Made by a program: the position numbers and the translations under genes. 64,000 bases of DNA from Raillietiella orientalis (taxonomy: Eukaryota): assembly GCA_036172245.1 (NCBI GenBank), contig JAYWIR010000006.1, positions 3,286,001-3,350,000 of the forward strand, given 5' to 3'. Under the pieces are notes generated by a model. The model had not been told where the DNA came from. It saw only the letters and a program-made list of their open reading frames with translations, and did no database searches. Positions 11,835 to 22,783 of this stretch are shown here, piece after piece; within the stretch, counting starts at the first letter, position 1; each line of letters starts with the position of its first letter.

Positions 11835-12385
11835 CACCCTATGAATCCAGGAAGGCTCCGGGGGAGAAGTCCGTTCCGGTCACTCCTGGGAGAGAACCCT
11901 GAAGGGAAGAACATCTTCCTTGCCCCTTCTGGAAGCACCCTCCGGAAAGGATCCGCTCCCTGTTTCCTCCTCTGAAGAGAACCTCGAAGGGGAGCTTCCA
12001 AATTTTCTCTGAAGGGCGCTTCCCTGAAGGGAACTGTGCGATTCTCTGCACTCTCTGGAGAGGTGGCGGCACACCATCAGTACGATGCGGAGGGTTCCCT
12101 CAGAATGAAGAGTTTACCCTTTCACAACCGGGGTTGGAAGAACTTGCACTTCTTGATTCCTGGAAAGACCGGAGAGTTTATTTCCAATCCCTAGCACTCA
12201 TCGGGGGCATCCGGTTTGAACCGCTACCGATGCCGCATCTAATGAATGTAGGCCAACCAGCGTCATCTCACGGGTGGAGGTCGAATCCACGATGCACACC
12301 CATCTCTCGGCGCCCGTTCTTTCCAAGTGTTCGAGTCCGCGACTCTTGGTGGTGTCACTGGCGAAGACCGCAGCAGCCGATGCAG
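11835..12385 (-). mobile_element. tRNA-headed SINE-like repeat, copy C
   Basis: Shares ccctatgaatccaggaagg, the gaagagaacc repeats, ccaaccagcgtcatct and ttcgagtccgcgactcttggt with the other copies. Confidence 0.7.
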
Positions 12386-12617
12386 GCAAAGATGATCACA
12401 TCGCTGGAGGAAGAGAGTGGCTTGTCCGCACTGCGGCTAGGGGCGTGGGAGCATTCGCCTGTGGGACGGAGAAAGAGCGTCACAAGAGCCAAATCCGCTC
12501 ATCCAGAGCGGTTCCGGAAGGAGGGCTCTCCTTCTTCCCCTTCTCTCAAGATGGAACCCTGCGGGTTGAAAACCAGGCGCGAGAGGATTCGGACGGGGAA
12601 GATCCCGTGGTCTTCCT

Positions 12618-15600
12618 TTATTGCTGCTGGTCGAGCTTGGGCTGCGAGGCGTGGTGGAAGACCATGCGCAAGACCTCGTTCAGCTTGGCCTCGGTTTCCT
12701 GGATCTTCCTCGTGATGCCTTCCTTGGCTTGCTCCAGCTCGTGCTCGTGTCCCTTGAGCGCGCCCGCGAATCTCTCCCCCGTGGCCTCCGCGGACCTGAT
12801 CAGGTCTTCGCGCAGGTTCGCCAGGAGGACGTTCAGGAGGATGCGTACTCTCTCGCTAGCGTGAAGCAGCAGCTCCTCTGCCTTCATCCTGCTCTCCGTC
12901 GACGGCATCTCTCCCGACTTCTTAAACATCTTCAAAACCTGAGCGCTAGGCTTCTGGGACCCGTTGCTGATGGCTGACTCGCTGCGCCGAGCAATCCTCT
13001 TCGTGTTGCCGCGCATGTTCTTGAAGTTCTTGAAGGCCAAGGCCTTTAGACTCTCCAGGGTCTGTTTCTTCATGAAGCTGCAAGCGTAAGTGGGCTTCTC
13101 CCCGGCGGCCAGGAACTGCTCGTAGTATTTCTGGATGCGGACGATGGTGCTCCTTCTGCTCTCCTCCCTCTGCTTGAAGAAGGGAAAGACAAAGAACCCC
13201 AGGGCGTTCCTCTTCTTTTCGTTGGGGGCCACCCTGATGACCAGATCGGACAGCATGTCCGGGAACATCGTGACGTCCTCCTTGAAGGATCGGATGGAGC
13301 ACCTAGCGTGCAGGATTATGGCTTCGAATTGCTGGAGCAGCTGCACTTGGTGCGACAAGCAGAGGCGTCGGCTCTCCCTGAGCAGCGTCTGGAAAGGGCT
13401 GATGAGGGCGCATGAGAAAAGAAAAAAGAAACGCCGCCGCCGCTGCCGCTGCCGCTTCTCTTCATTTCTAGGACAAAGCGAAGTCCGAAAGAAAAAAAGC
13501 TCCACTTTCTTCTTTTCCTTTTTTTTCCTTTTGGAACCCGAAGCAGGCTCCACTCACTTGGAAAACCGGATGCACGTTCTGTGGATCATGCATATTTACA
13601 TGTTGTATACGGTGTATCTATTACAAGTACAGTATACCTCTGGACTCGTTGGTAATTCGTTCCGGAACTCGTGACGAGTGCCAAAACCGGCGAGTACCAA
13701 CGAGTTTCTTCCTAGGCCTTACCATTTTAGTATTCATGAGTGACGCTTGAAATGCACAGAAAGCACACAAAAAAGAGAGCGATTCGGGCGGCACTCTATG
13801 GAAGTGTTCCGGCTCTTCGCGTGCTGCCATAACGCGAAAGCATGCACCTGTTTCATCATGAGAGCTGGGAGCCGAGTTCCGAGCATGCGCCTCCGAGTGC
13901 CGAAACACTTTTTTTTTTTCCTCGTCAAAATGCGACGAGTACTGAGGTTGACGAGTTCCGACGTCGTCGAGTACCGAGGTATCACTGTATACACGAATGA
14001 CATGCACACATAGAAGCGAAGACTTGAACTCTCGTGCCCGTTGAGAAGCCCTCGAGGAAGGCCTCGCCCGAGCGCGCAAGGAGCGGCTGCAGTTGCCGAG
14101 GGGACAGGGCGAAGCCGACACGCGTTGGTCGGATGGACCAGCAGCGGTCGTTTGCGCGGTTCAGGGAAACACGGCGACAAGGAGCGGATATCGTCTGGGG
14201 GGGAGGGGGAGGAAAATTAGACTAAACCTCGCCCCGCTTCAAGAGAGCTGCCTTTGCGTTTCTTTGCTCCTGCGCCGCGACACAATCGGTCGCTTCATGC
14301 TCCCCGGCCGCGGATCTCTCCCATAAGCACGCGAGACTCCTGCCATCTGGCTTGCAGAGTTGACAATGTGGTCGAGGGTGCGACCGCAATCAGTCAGCAG
14401 ATCTTTCAGCGCGACGCGTGTCCGTTGCTGGCAGCAATCAGGTGACTGTCCTCGAAAGAAGAAGGCGCGAGGGAAGAAGAGGAAAAGGAGATGCCCCCGC
14501 CGCGTCTCTGGGGTACAACAAGGAGGCCGTCAAGGCATACAGAACTGGGAGGGTGAGGTCGTCGCCATCTCCACCGTCGCTGTTGGCGCTGCCTCGGTCG
14601 TGACGACGATGCCGGCGGAGGCGACAGCGCCAATAGCGACGGTGGCGGCGAGGGCAGCGATCACTACGATGACGATGCTGACGCAGATGATGGAGACAGT
14701 GAGGAGGACAGTGGCAATGACGGCGACGACGATGATGATGATGATGATCGAGATGGTGCGAAGTTTGCCGCGATCGTGTCAATGACGGTGACGGATGTCA
14801 GTCGTCATTGATGACGACGACGGTGGTGCCCACGCAACACGACCGGTGAGGACTCCATTCACGATGCCATGACGACGGTGACGGTGGTCGCCCATGGAGG
14901 TCTCTCTCTCTCTTCATCACCCTTCCCTGACCTCTTCCCGCGCGCTTTCGCCTGCGAGGGTGGGCCGGCGAGCATGAAACCGTCGAATGCGCGGGCGGGC
15001 GGACAGGCGCATCGCTCCCCACCCTCACCTGGATGTCGTAGATGGGTATACCCATGACGACGTTGAGGATGATGACGAAGACGAGGAAGACGTAAGCGAG
15101 AAAGATGATACCGATAGCGGTGTGGAAGACTCTGTTGGGCTGATAGAAGAGGCCATCGATGTCGACCTGGCCGATGACCATGGTCAGGATCTTCATGAGG
15201 TGCACGTACAGAGGCTTCTGCTCGTCGGCCTCCCCGTGGCTGAGAACGATCTGAAAGGCGACGCCGAAGCCGACGATGATCCAAGAGAACACCAGGACCA
15301 TGCCCATCATGATGGCAGACACCCTCCGGAACACCATAACGTACACGCTGATGACGGGGATCTTGCCAAGGACGAACACGAACTTGAGGGAAAGGAAGAC
15401 GGCGGAGAAGGCACAGAGGGCCGTCTGCCACACCTGCCTCTGGGCGAAGACGGGCACAAGCAGGGGGACGGCCGCCAGGAGAGCGAAGTCTAGGGGATAC
15501 TCCACGTCCCAGGTGCATCTCTGGTTGGAGAAGACGACGCGCAGCGTCTCCAGGACGACAATGGCCAAGGCAGAGGCCAGCAGCGCCGCCCAGGCGGTCC

Positions 15601-17737
15601 AGACGTCACCGTTCTCCTCCGGGCGGGCAACCCGCGTGCCGCCGGACGCGACGGCGGCGGCCAGATCCAGGCGCAGGAAGACGGCGATGTAGGTGGCGAA
15701 GAGGGCGATGAAGAGCAGCGAGGCCAGGAGGTACGCGTAGACGTACTTGCGCAGGAGGTACCACTTGAGCTCGACAAAGGCCTCGACCAGGGGGTGCTGC
15801 AGCACCCTGGCTTGACCGGCCATGTGCTGCAGCAGGAAGGACTCGGTGCGGAAGACCTTCGCCATCCGACCGAACTGCTGATCCGGGATCAGGGCGGTCA
15901 CGTCCATCTCGAGGACGCAGCTGGCGCTGTGGATGTCAAGCTGCTCGTCCTTGACCTTCCCAGCGTTCTTGCCGGTGACGCACTTGTCGAACATCTCCTC
16001 CAGCAGGTCGGGCATCGTGTCCGTCAGAAAGTAGGAGGCCGTGGCGTCCAGGCGCGCGCCCGCCTGCAGAAGCGCCCTCACGGCGGCCCGATGCCCCTGG
16101 CGGGCCGCCAGCTGCAGCGGACTGAAGCGCTCCGCCCATGCCGCCGTCGGAGGTGGCTTCGCCCGGATGTCCATCCTGGCGGGCAGCTCTTGTGGCGGTA
16201 AGGACGGCCTCTGGTTGACCTCCGCCCCGCTCATGACCAGCAGTAGGATGGCGTCGACCTGCCCTTCGCGGGCAGCGAGGTGCAGCGGCGTCAGCTCGGA
16301 TTCATCCGCGGCGTCGATGTTGGCGCCGCGCTCCAGGAACAGCCTCATCAGCTCCAGGTTCCCGGTCTCGGAGGCGTAGTGCAGGGGCGTGCGCTTCTCG
16401 TTGTCCAGAACGTCCACGGACTCTGGTGAGGAAGGGGAAGGGAACGGTTGGAAGGAAGGGAAGCGAGGAGGAAGCTAGGATCACCAGGGAGCCCCTGTGA
16501 CCTGGGAAGCAGCCCCGTGCCACGCCCACAGGACCACCCGGAAGAAAAAGCCCACGCTTGAGGCCTGCGAGCATCATCAAGCCCGAACCCAGGGTGTCAA
16601 GGCAGGACGCGCGCCTCGCACTCGCCCGATGCGCGACTGCAGCCACTTGGCACCAGCACACAGGGGACGGAGCGTTGGGCAGCTGTTGCCCGTCGGTAGC
16701 GGTTGGTGGTGATAGACCGGGTGAACCACCTCGCAGGAGCTGAGGAGTGATGGGTGGCCGTCTTATGCTCTGCAAAGTGACCCTAGATGCGGGCAGTGAA
16801 GGAGCGCAGTTGCTCGCTCGATGCTCCTCCTCTTTGGCGCCGGCGGCGCGCGACAAGGATGAGAAGAAGGTGGTGCGTGGGATGGACAACCTCAAGCCGC
16901 TCCTTGTGGTGGTGGGTCATCCTCACGCATGGCAAGCAGCGGAAAAAGCAGGGAAAGACAGGGGAGAGGAGCAGTGGGAAGAACAAGAGAAGAAAAAGCA
17001 GGAGGAGGAGGAGGAGGAAGAAGGTAGAAGGAGGCGGAAGAGATGTGAGCATGTCACCTGGCAGGAGGACCTCGACCACGTTCCTGTCCAGCTCGCTGAT
17101 GACGGCCCAGTGCAGGAAGCTCTTCCGCTTTCTCTGCACTTCCGGGACGTCCAAGGTGGCGCTGATCATGTCCTCGACGCCCTCGCGCCACCCAGCTGCC
17201 GCCGCCTTGGCCGCCAGGGTCGTGTCGTCTTCGAAGCGGACGCCGTACAGGAGCTGCTGCAGCAGGTCTGCGTCCTTCTCTTGAGACTCCAGGAGCTCTG
17301 TCAGTCGCTTCCGGTCCTGCGTCTGGACCGCTGTTGACAGCTGGTCTACGGTCTCCCGATCGTGGTCGCTCAGCGGGGTCTCCGTCTCTAGAAAGAAGAA
17401 CTCCCGGCTGTCTTCTTCCCGCTCGCCGAAGGACTGGAAGAGGAAGGAGGTCGGAAGAGTTCAACGGGTCTCGGAGGCATCCCAGCAGGAAACGTGTCAG
17501 CACATTTGCTGGACTCCACCCCCCCTCCGCCTATTCCAGACGTACCTCCCTCCTGCGCCTCGGGATGGCCTCGTCCACGGCGCCGATGATGATGGTGGTC
17601 CTCCTGCTGGACGAGGGAAGCAGCATGGAAGGCTTCTGGAGCAGCATGGAGCTGCTGAAAGCGCCCTCCAGTAGCGAAAGCTTCCTCGAGCTGCTGTGAG
17701 GGGTTTCCTCATCGGACCGGTCGTTGGTCTTGTCCAT
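12618..17737 (-). CDS. TRPA-family cation channel (pyrexia/painless/water-witch-like); model complement(join(12618..13388,15029..16422,17058..17433,17546..17737)), about 910 aa
   Basis: Ankyrin repeats (FLHWAV, TPLHYASETGN, TPLHLAAREGQ, SPLQLAARQGH), pre-S1 motif LQHPLVEAFVELKW, six hydrophobic TM segments, pore region KILTMVIGQVD, S6 ending ILNVVMGIPIYDIQ. The last exon gives a TRP-like helix LSHQVQLLQQFE and a C-terminal coiled coil. GT-AG junctions keep frame (2733 nt). A further upstream exon is possible (acceptor near 17767). Confidence 0.85.
13630..13987. mobile_element. MITE of Tc1/mariner-pogo (Tigger-like) type in the last TRPA intron
   Basis: TA at both flanks (13628-13629, 13988-13989). 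Imperfect TIRs: CAGT-ATACCTCTGGACTCG versus reverse complement CAGTGATACCTCGGTACTCG. About 7 internal CGAGT(A/T/G)C(C/T)(G/A)A motifs. 358 bp, no transposase. Confidence 0.8.
14590..14890. repeat. Degenerate (GAC/GAT/GGC)n trinucleotide low-complexity tract in TRPA intron
   Basis: Runs such as gacgacgatgatgatgatgatg and gacggtgacggtgg. They generate spurious poly-His/poly-Met ORFs. Confidence 0.7.
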
Positions 17738-18069
17738 GATCCCTCGCGTCCCAGGTGACCTTCCTCCTGGGGAGTCAGGAGAGACACGTGCAGCCCGTCT
17801 GGGGCTCTCGGGAGGCGTGGTCGCGGTTCGTCTCTCGCGCGAACCGTCGGCGGAGAGGTCCGTCGTAGGGCCGCCCTCCCGTGGACTGCCACTGCACCCC
17901 CCCCTTCTTCTCTCGACCCCGAGGTGCCTCCCGACAGGAGTGCCCGCGGCCTTTCGGTTCCACTCCCTCTCAGAAAGAAAGCGCTTAAGCCGGAGGCTGA
18001 GCACGGCTGCAGAAACGCAGAGCGAACCCACAGATAAGCGAGGGGAACAGGGAGAGCTGCGTGTGTGTA

Positions 18070-18400
18070 ACATGAACTGGACAAACTGGGGACGGGATGT
18101 GAACCGGATCAACCAGGCAGAACCGTGTAAGCGGGGCAAATAACACAAGCCGGATGAAGGGGGTAGGCAACGTGAACCGGATAAACCAGGCAAGCAAAAT
18201 GAGACGAAGGGACCGAAAGAGGGATGTGAACCGGACAAGTAACGCGAACCAGGTGAACGGGACAGGCAACGTGAACCGGATGGACTGGATGCACGAGGGC
18301 AATAGGGCGAACCGGAAGTGGAATGTGAACCGGACGGACTGAATGGACGAGGCAAACTGGATGAACCAGAGATGCGAGGCGAGCCGGATGTCCCAGATGA
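18070..18400. repeat. Degenerate minisatellite with core GTGAACCGGA upstream of the TRPA start
   Basis: Core (C/T)GTGAACCGGA(T/C) recurs at about 18098, 18171, 18226, 18270 and 18324, with variants in between. Confidence 0.75.
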
Positions 18401-19249
18401 CCGATTCTCTGGGAGCGCATAGGAACCCAGGGAAGAGCGATGAGGGCTAAGGGTGGGAGTCAAAGCGTCAGGTGAGCGAGAACCGCTCAAGAGAGAAGGA
18501 GCAGACTCCGCGAGGGTTTCCCAGTCTCCACGTCATTTTGATGCCTGCGGATGCTGCCAACGGGTGTCGCCTTGCAGCTGCAAACTCAAAGGAGGGCAAA
18601 GTTTCCGCTTGCGGCTAGCACGACGATCCTCTAGGGCAGATATTCTGAGTACGCGTCTCGGATGTAGAGGACGCCCACCGTAGGAACCGCTAGGCCGGAA
18701 ACCGTTCCGAAAGTCATCTTTCCCCCACGGCTTCCTCCCGCGGAAGAACGTGGAACGCGGACGCCTTCCCTGAGTATCTGCTCCGATGCGCCATCTTCCT
18801 CTGAAACGACCGCCTCCGAGCGGCCCGCAAGCGGTCGTCCACCTCTCCTTCTTTGGACAGCGCGCAAAGACGGGTCCACCGCCCGCCAAGTCCCTGCTTG
18901 AAGGGACAGCGCGACAGTAACTGGCGCCAGTGGAAAGAGGGCATCCAAAACCGCCCCATGGGGCGCCCTTCCGTGAATATCGAATTGAGCCAGGCGATGG
19001 AGCTGACCTCTTCTTGCCTTTTTTTCTCGCTCCTGCCTCATGTGGACGCCCCATTCCACCCAGTCCCCGGTTCCATGCTTGCGCCACGTTCCAGCGTGAT
19101 GCAAGCACGAAACCGAAGGATTCCTGCTCGGTCCACTTGCGACCTCTCACGACGACTTCTGGGGCTACAGGAATGGCAGACACACGTACCGCGTCCTTCT
19201 TGGGACGAAGGATGAAGCGAATCCCGGACGGATTTTCCGAAAGCAGCAG

Positions 19250-20270
19250 CAAACGAACCGCCGCCTGCGGTCGAGTCCGCTGCAAAAAAAGCAGGTTGGG
19301 AAGTCGGCCACTGGGTTGCCTCCCTCCGGCATGAGAACGACCAAGTGACAGTGACGACTTTTTGAGCTGCAGGTCCTCCTTCCCGGAAGCGTGCGCCGAG
19401 AAGTCATGAGGCGTTCTGAGGATGTCACCTGTTCTTCGAAGCCGAGTCTGGCAGCAGCACGCCCTCCAGCGCCCATCCCAGCATCCCATCCCCATGCGGT
19501 AGCGGAGGTCGCTGCCTCCGATTTCCGATTGTTCCTTGGACCCCGTTCCTCCGATTCTTCTCTTCCTCTGCGTCCTCCCGCTGCCATCGCGCCGCCTTCA
19601 AACAGGGAAGAAGAAGGCGTGCGCATCTCTGCCTCATTCGTTATTCCAAGAAGAACGCCAACAATCCCACTGGGCTGTCCTGCAGCTCGTGGCTCGCTCG
19701 CTCCAGGAGGAAGGAGGATCCGGACTGGCGAATTCCGCCCACCGCAACCGCCAGAGTCACTTCGCCGACCTGCGTCCCCTCCCCTTCTTTCCTTCCTTTA
19801 TTTTTCTTCCTTCATCCTCTCGCTGCTTCCTCTTCCCTGGACACCCGACACGCTGCCCCGAGTGTGCCTGGAGGACGACTGGGCGCTCCAGAGACGCTAG
19901 ATGTCCCCCATACCATCCGCCTGTCCCCAGACGCCTTCACGACTCATCCCGACGGACCTCTGAACTCGCCCTTCGCCTCCCGGAGCAAGGAGAACCTCCT
20001 CCACGTCCACCTCGCGGGGGGCGTGAAGGCCGGCGTTCCATTTTCTCCCCGATCGAAAGGGCCAGGTCTTCTCGCAGACTCTCCCTGTACTTCTGGAAAA
20101 ATCTTGGATGACCAAGCGCAGATCCCGACTTGAAGGGAAAGCAGCGAATCCCTTAATCGATCGGATTGGCTCTGAAGGGTTGCCATCATCTCAGCATCAC
20201 AGCGGAGTGAGATGACGATGCGTGCAAAGTCTATGTCGTGCTGACCGGAGCAGGTGACCTCTGACAAGCG
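19250..20270 (-). pseudogene. Decayed ORF1/gag-like remnant
   Basis: GLHAPREVDVEEVLLA and PTCFFCSGLDRRRRFVC (degenerate knuckle) occur in different frames with stops. Confidence 0.3.
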
Positions 20271-20787
20271 GACGGCGTCCTATGCGTGCCTTCTGCTCCA
20301 GAGAGCGAGAGTGCTGCGGCAGCGCGTGTCGGGAGAACCCTCCCGTTCTCCCGACGGGCAGAAATCACGAAAAAAAGGGGGAAGGGGCTCCCAGGCGGCC
20401 GCTCCGATGAACGCGAAGACTCTTCGTTTCCCTCAGGTCCAGAGGCACTCATCCCGTCGCCCATCCCACTGTCCGTTCGAGGCTCGGATCTCACGGATTG
20501 TGCGTGAGGCTATGCAGAGGGCACTGTTCTTAATGTCTCTGAAGATTCTAGGCAGGAAGGACCTTCCTGAAGGAGAGGCCGAGCTGGTGGTCGACTCTCG
20601 ACGCAGTGCGTCTCCTTGCACGTAAAGGGGGGGGGAGGCAGCTGTCCTTCTGAGGTGACATCTGAGGTTTCCTGCGAAACGAATGCACCCCGGTGTGACT
20701 CCGTCCTTAAGCGCTCACGCAGAATGAGCTCTCGTCTTCCAATTCGTCTTTGTCTCCAGCATCTGTTTCTGGACGGCGTCCTCGTTC

Positions 20788-21216
20788 TTGCAGTTTGCTT
20801 CAGCATTACGGCTCAGGAGCCCTGTCTTGGATTCCGAGATGATTGCTTTCTTCGTAATGCGTGTTTCCTCTGTTGCATGGATCACCATGCTGTCTCAAAC
20901 TTCCGCGTTCCTCGCCCTTCCTCTTCCTGTGAAACTTCCCAGAATTCCGTCAAAAGTTAATCTTTCCAGACGCTTCGGAGCGAACTTTCGTCATCTTTGT
21001 TTCTTCCAGCTATTAGTAACTGATTTCCGTGGGGCTGGAGTTCGTTTCTGCAATGTCTGGAACTCAAGGGACTTCCGTGGTCACAAATGCTGCAGATGCG
21101 GAGCAGGAAAACCAAACTGCCGATTCTTTCCTTTCTTTCGGAGATGCGCTGCGGATGATGGAGCGAATTTTAACTTCGGAAGAACCATTTTACCTTTGTG
21201 TAATTCGTTTAGGTGA
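20788..21216 (+). pseudogene. Decayed LINE ORF1/gag-like C-terminus with degenerate zinc knuckle
   Basis: LPRIPSKVNL...FRGAGVRF-C-NV-W-NSRD-F-RGHK-C has CX2CX4HX4C spacing with two ligands substituted, and follows an IPS motif typical of L1/Tx1 ORF1. Confidence 0.4.
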
Positions 21217-22415
21217 AGAGCACCAGAAGGTGACATCCGTTCGGTCCAAAGCGCATCCTCTGCGGTTGAGTCGAATCGCACTTCCCCTCCCCTTCTTTCC
21301 CAGGTTCCCAAAGGGTTCCAAGCAACGTGCTCTCCATAATCACGTGACAGCACACGTGCTTTTTCTGCTTCCCGTTCGACTCAGCAAGACGGACTCCTAG
21401 CTTTTTGCCTTTCATGCAGAGTGCAAAGAGGACAGATCCCCTCCGCTCCCTTCCAAAGCAAAAAGGACACAGGGAAAAGGCTCAAGGTCAACCTCCCATG
21501 CTTGCAATCTCAGGAGGTTCTTGTCTTGCAATTCCCACAGCCATGTGTGCGTTCCCTCCCATGTCTGAGGCGCGTCCACCAAGCAGTTGCACGTCTTCTC
21601 AGAAAGGAGCAAGGAATGTTCTGACCCTCATCGGCGACAGCATCGCTTTCGGGGGTGACCTCGCACCGATCTTTTCCTTGTTGGTTCGGAATAGACTCAT
21701 CGTCTGGGTACTTTTTTCCAGCACTGCTTTTTGCAAATGCAATTTTTATTAAGCAGCGATGCTTTCGGTATTTTTTCCTTTCTACTTTTTCTTTTTTTTA
21801 AAATGACTCTAAAAACATGTAAAAGTCGCAAACGCTTTTAAAGGAGAGGGGGTCATCAAGAATTCAACAGCCAAATGTCATCGGAGAGCGTTTATTTGCT
21901 TGATGCAGGCTGGCAGTTTGAATGAATCTTCTGCTTTCAAGATAAATGCCCAAGCAATCGTGGAATCCTTGTTTGTAGAAAATGATGGGGAAGGCGTTAA
22001 ATATTAGTGCATGAAATCGAGGAGTTGATAGGAGAGGGTTGGAAGGGTAGAAAACAATTTTGAATATTGCACTGTGCGTTTTACAATTTATGAGCAAAAT
22101 TACATAAATATGCAATCTGATACATAAAAAATAGAAATTTAGACGCATCGGGTGGTATAAATACATCTAATTGACCAATTATTGTTTAACCAGATAGATT
22201 GATGCACTTGACATTTCACTGGTCCTTTACAAGTATGTCTTAAGAAGAGAAACTTCAGGCATGCTTTGATTTGTAATTATTATTATGTTCAGTGTTTTCA
22301 TCAAATAAAAGCACTGGGCATCATAATAACCTTCCTTGGTAATTAAAAGAAACATTGAAGACTGAACGTTGAGGTGGAAGACAATAGTCGCTCTTAGTAC
22401 ATATGTATATACAAA

Positions 22416-22783
22416 TAAATGAGGAACCACAATTTTCAATTATCCTGACTGTAGTAATTTCTTTGAATAACGTACTTTATATATCCTTTTCCAGCTAAAC
22501 ATTCAAAAATTATTGCTTCTCAACTTTATTTCAACATCAAATTGTAAATAAATGAAACAATGATATATATATATATATATATTTATTTTATTTGTATGTA
22601 CATATGTATATATGCATATTAAGGGTGGTAAATCACAAGCATTGGTTTACACATATACAATTTGATAAAGTAAATTTGAGAAAGCACACTTTTTGAATGT
22701 TTAGCTGGAAAAGGATACATAAAGTACGTTATTCAAAGAAGTTACTACAGTTAGGATGATTGAAGATTGTGATTCTTTATTTA
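22416..22783. repeat. Long imperfect inverted repeat (arms 22416..22562 and 22640..22783) with an (AT)n-containing spacer
   Basis: Core 22416..22509 versus the reverse complement of 22690..22783 is 86/94 identical without gaps. The inner parts of the arms pair more loosely. Confidence 0.9.

Noticed and set aside
14360..14785. His-rich and Met/Thr-rich ORFs
   Set aside because: They are translations of a trinucleotide low-complexity tract within a TRPA intron.
14798..16417. 539-aa ORF (and 12618..13553) as stand-alone proteins
   Set aside because: Both are exons of one TRPA gene. Their tails and heads are intron read-through beyond clear splice sites at 15029 and 13388.
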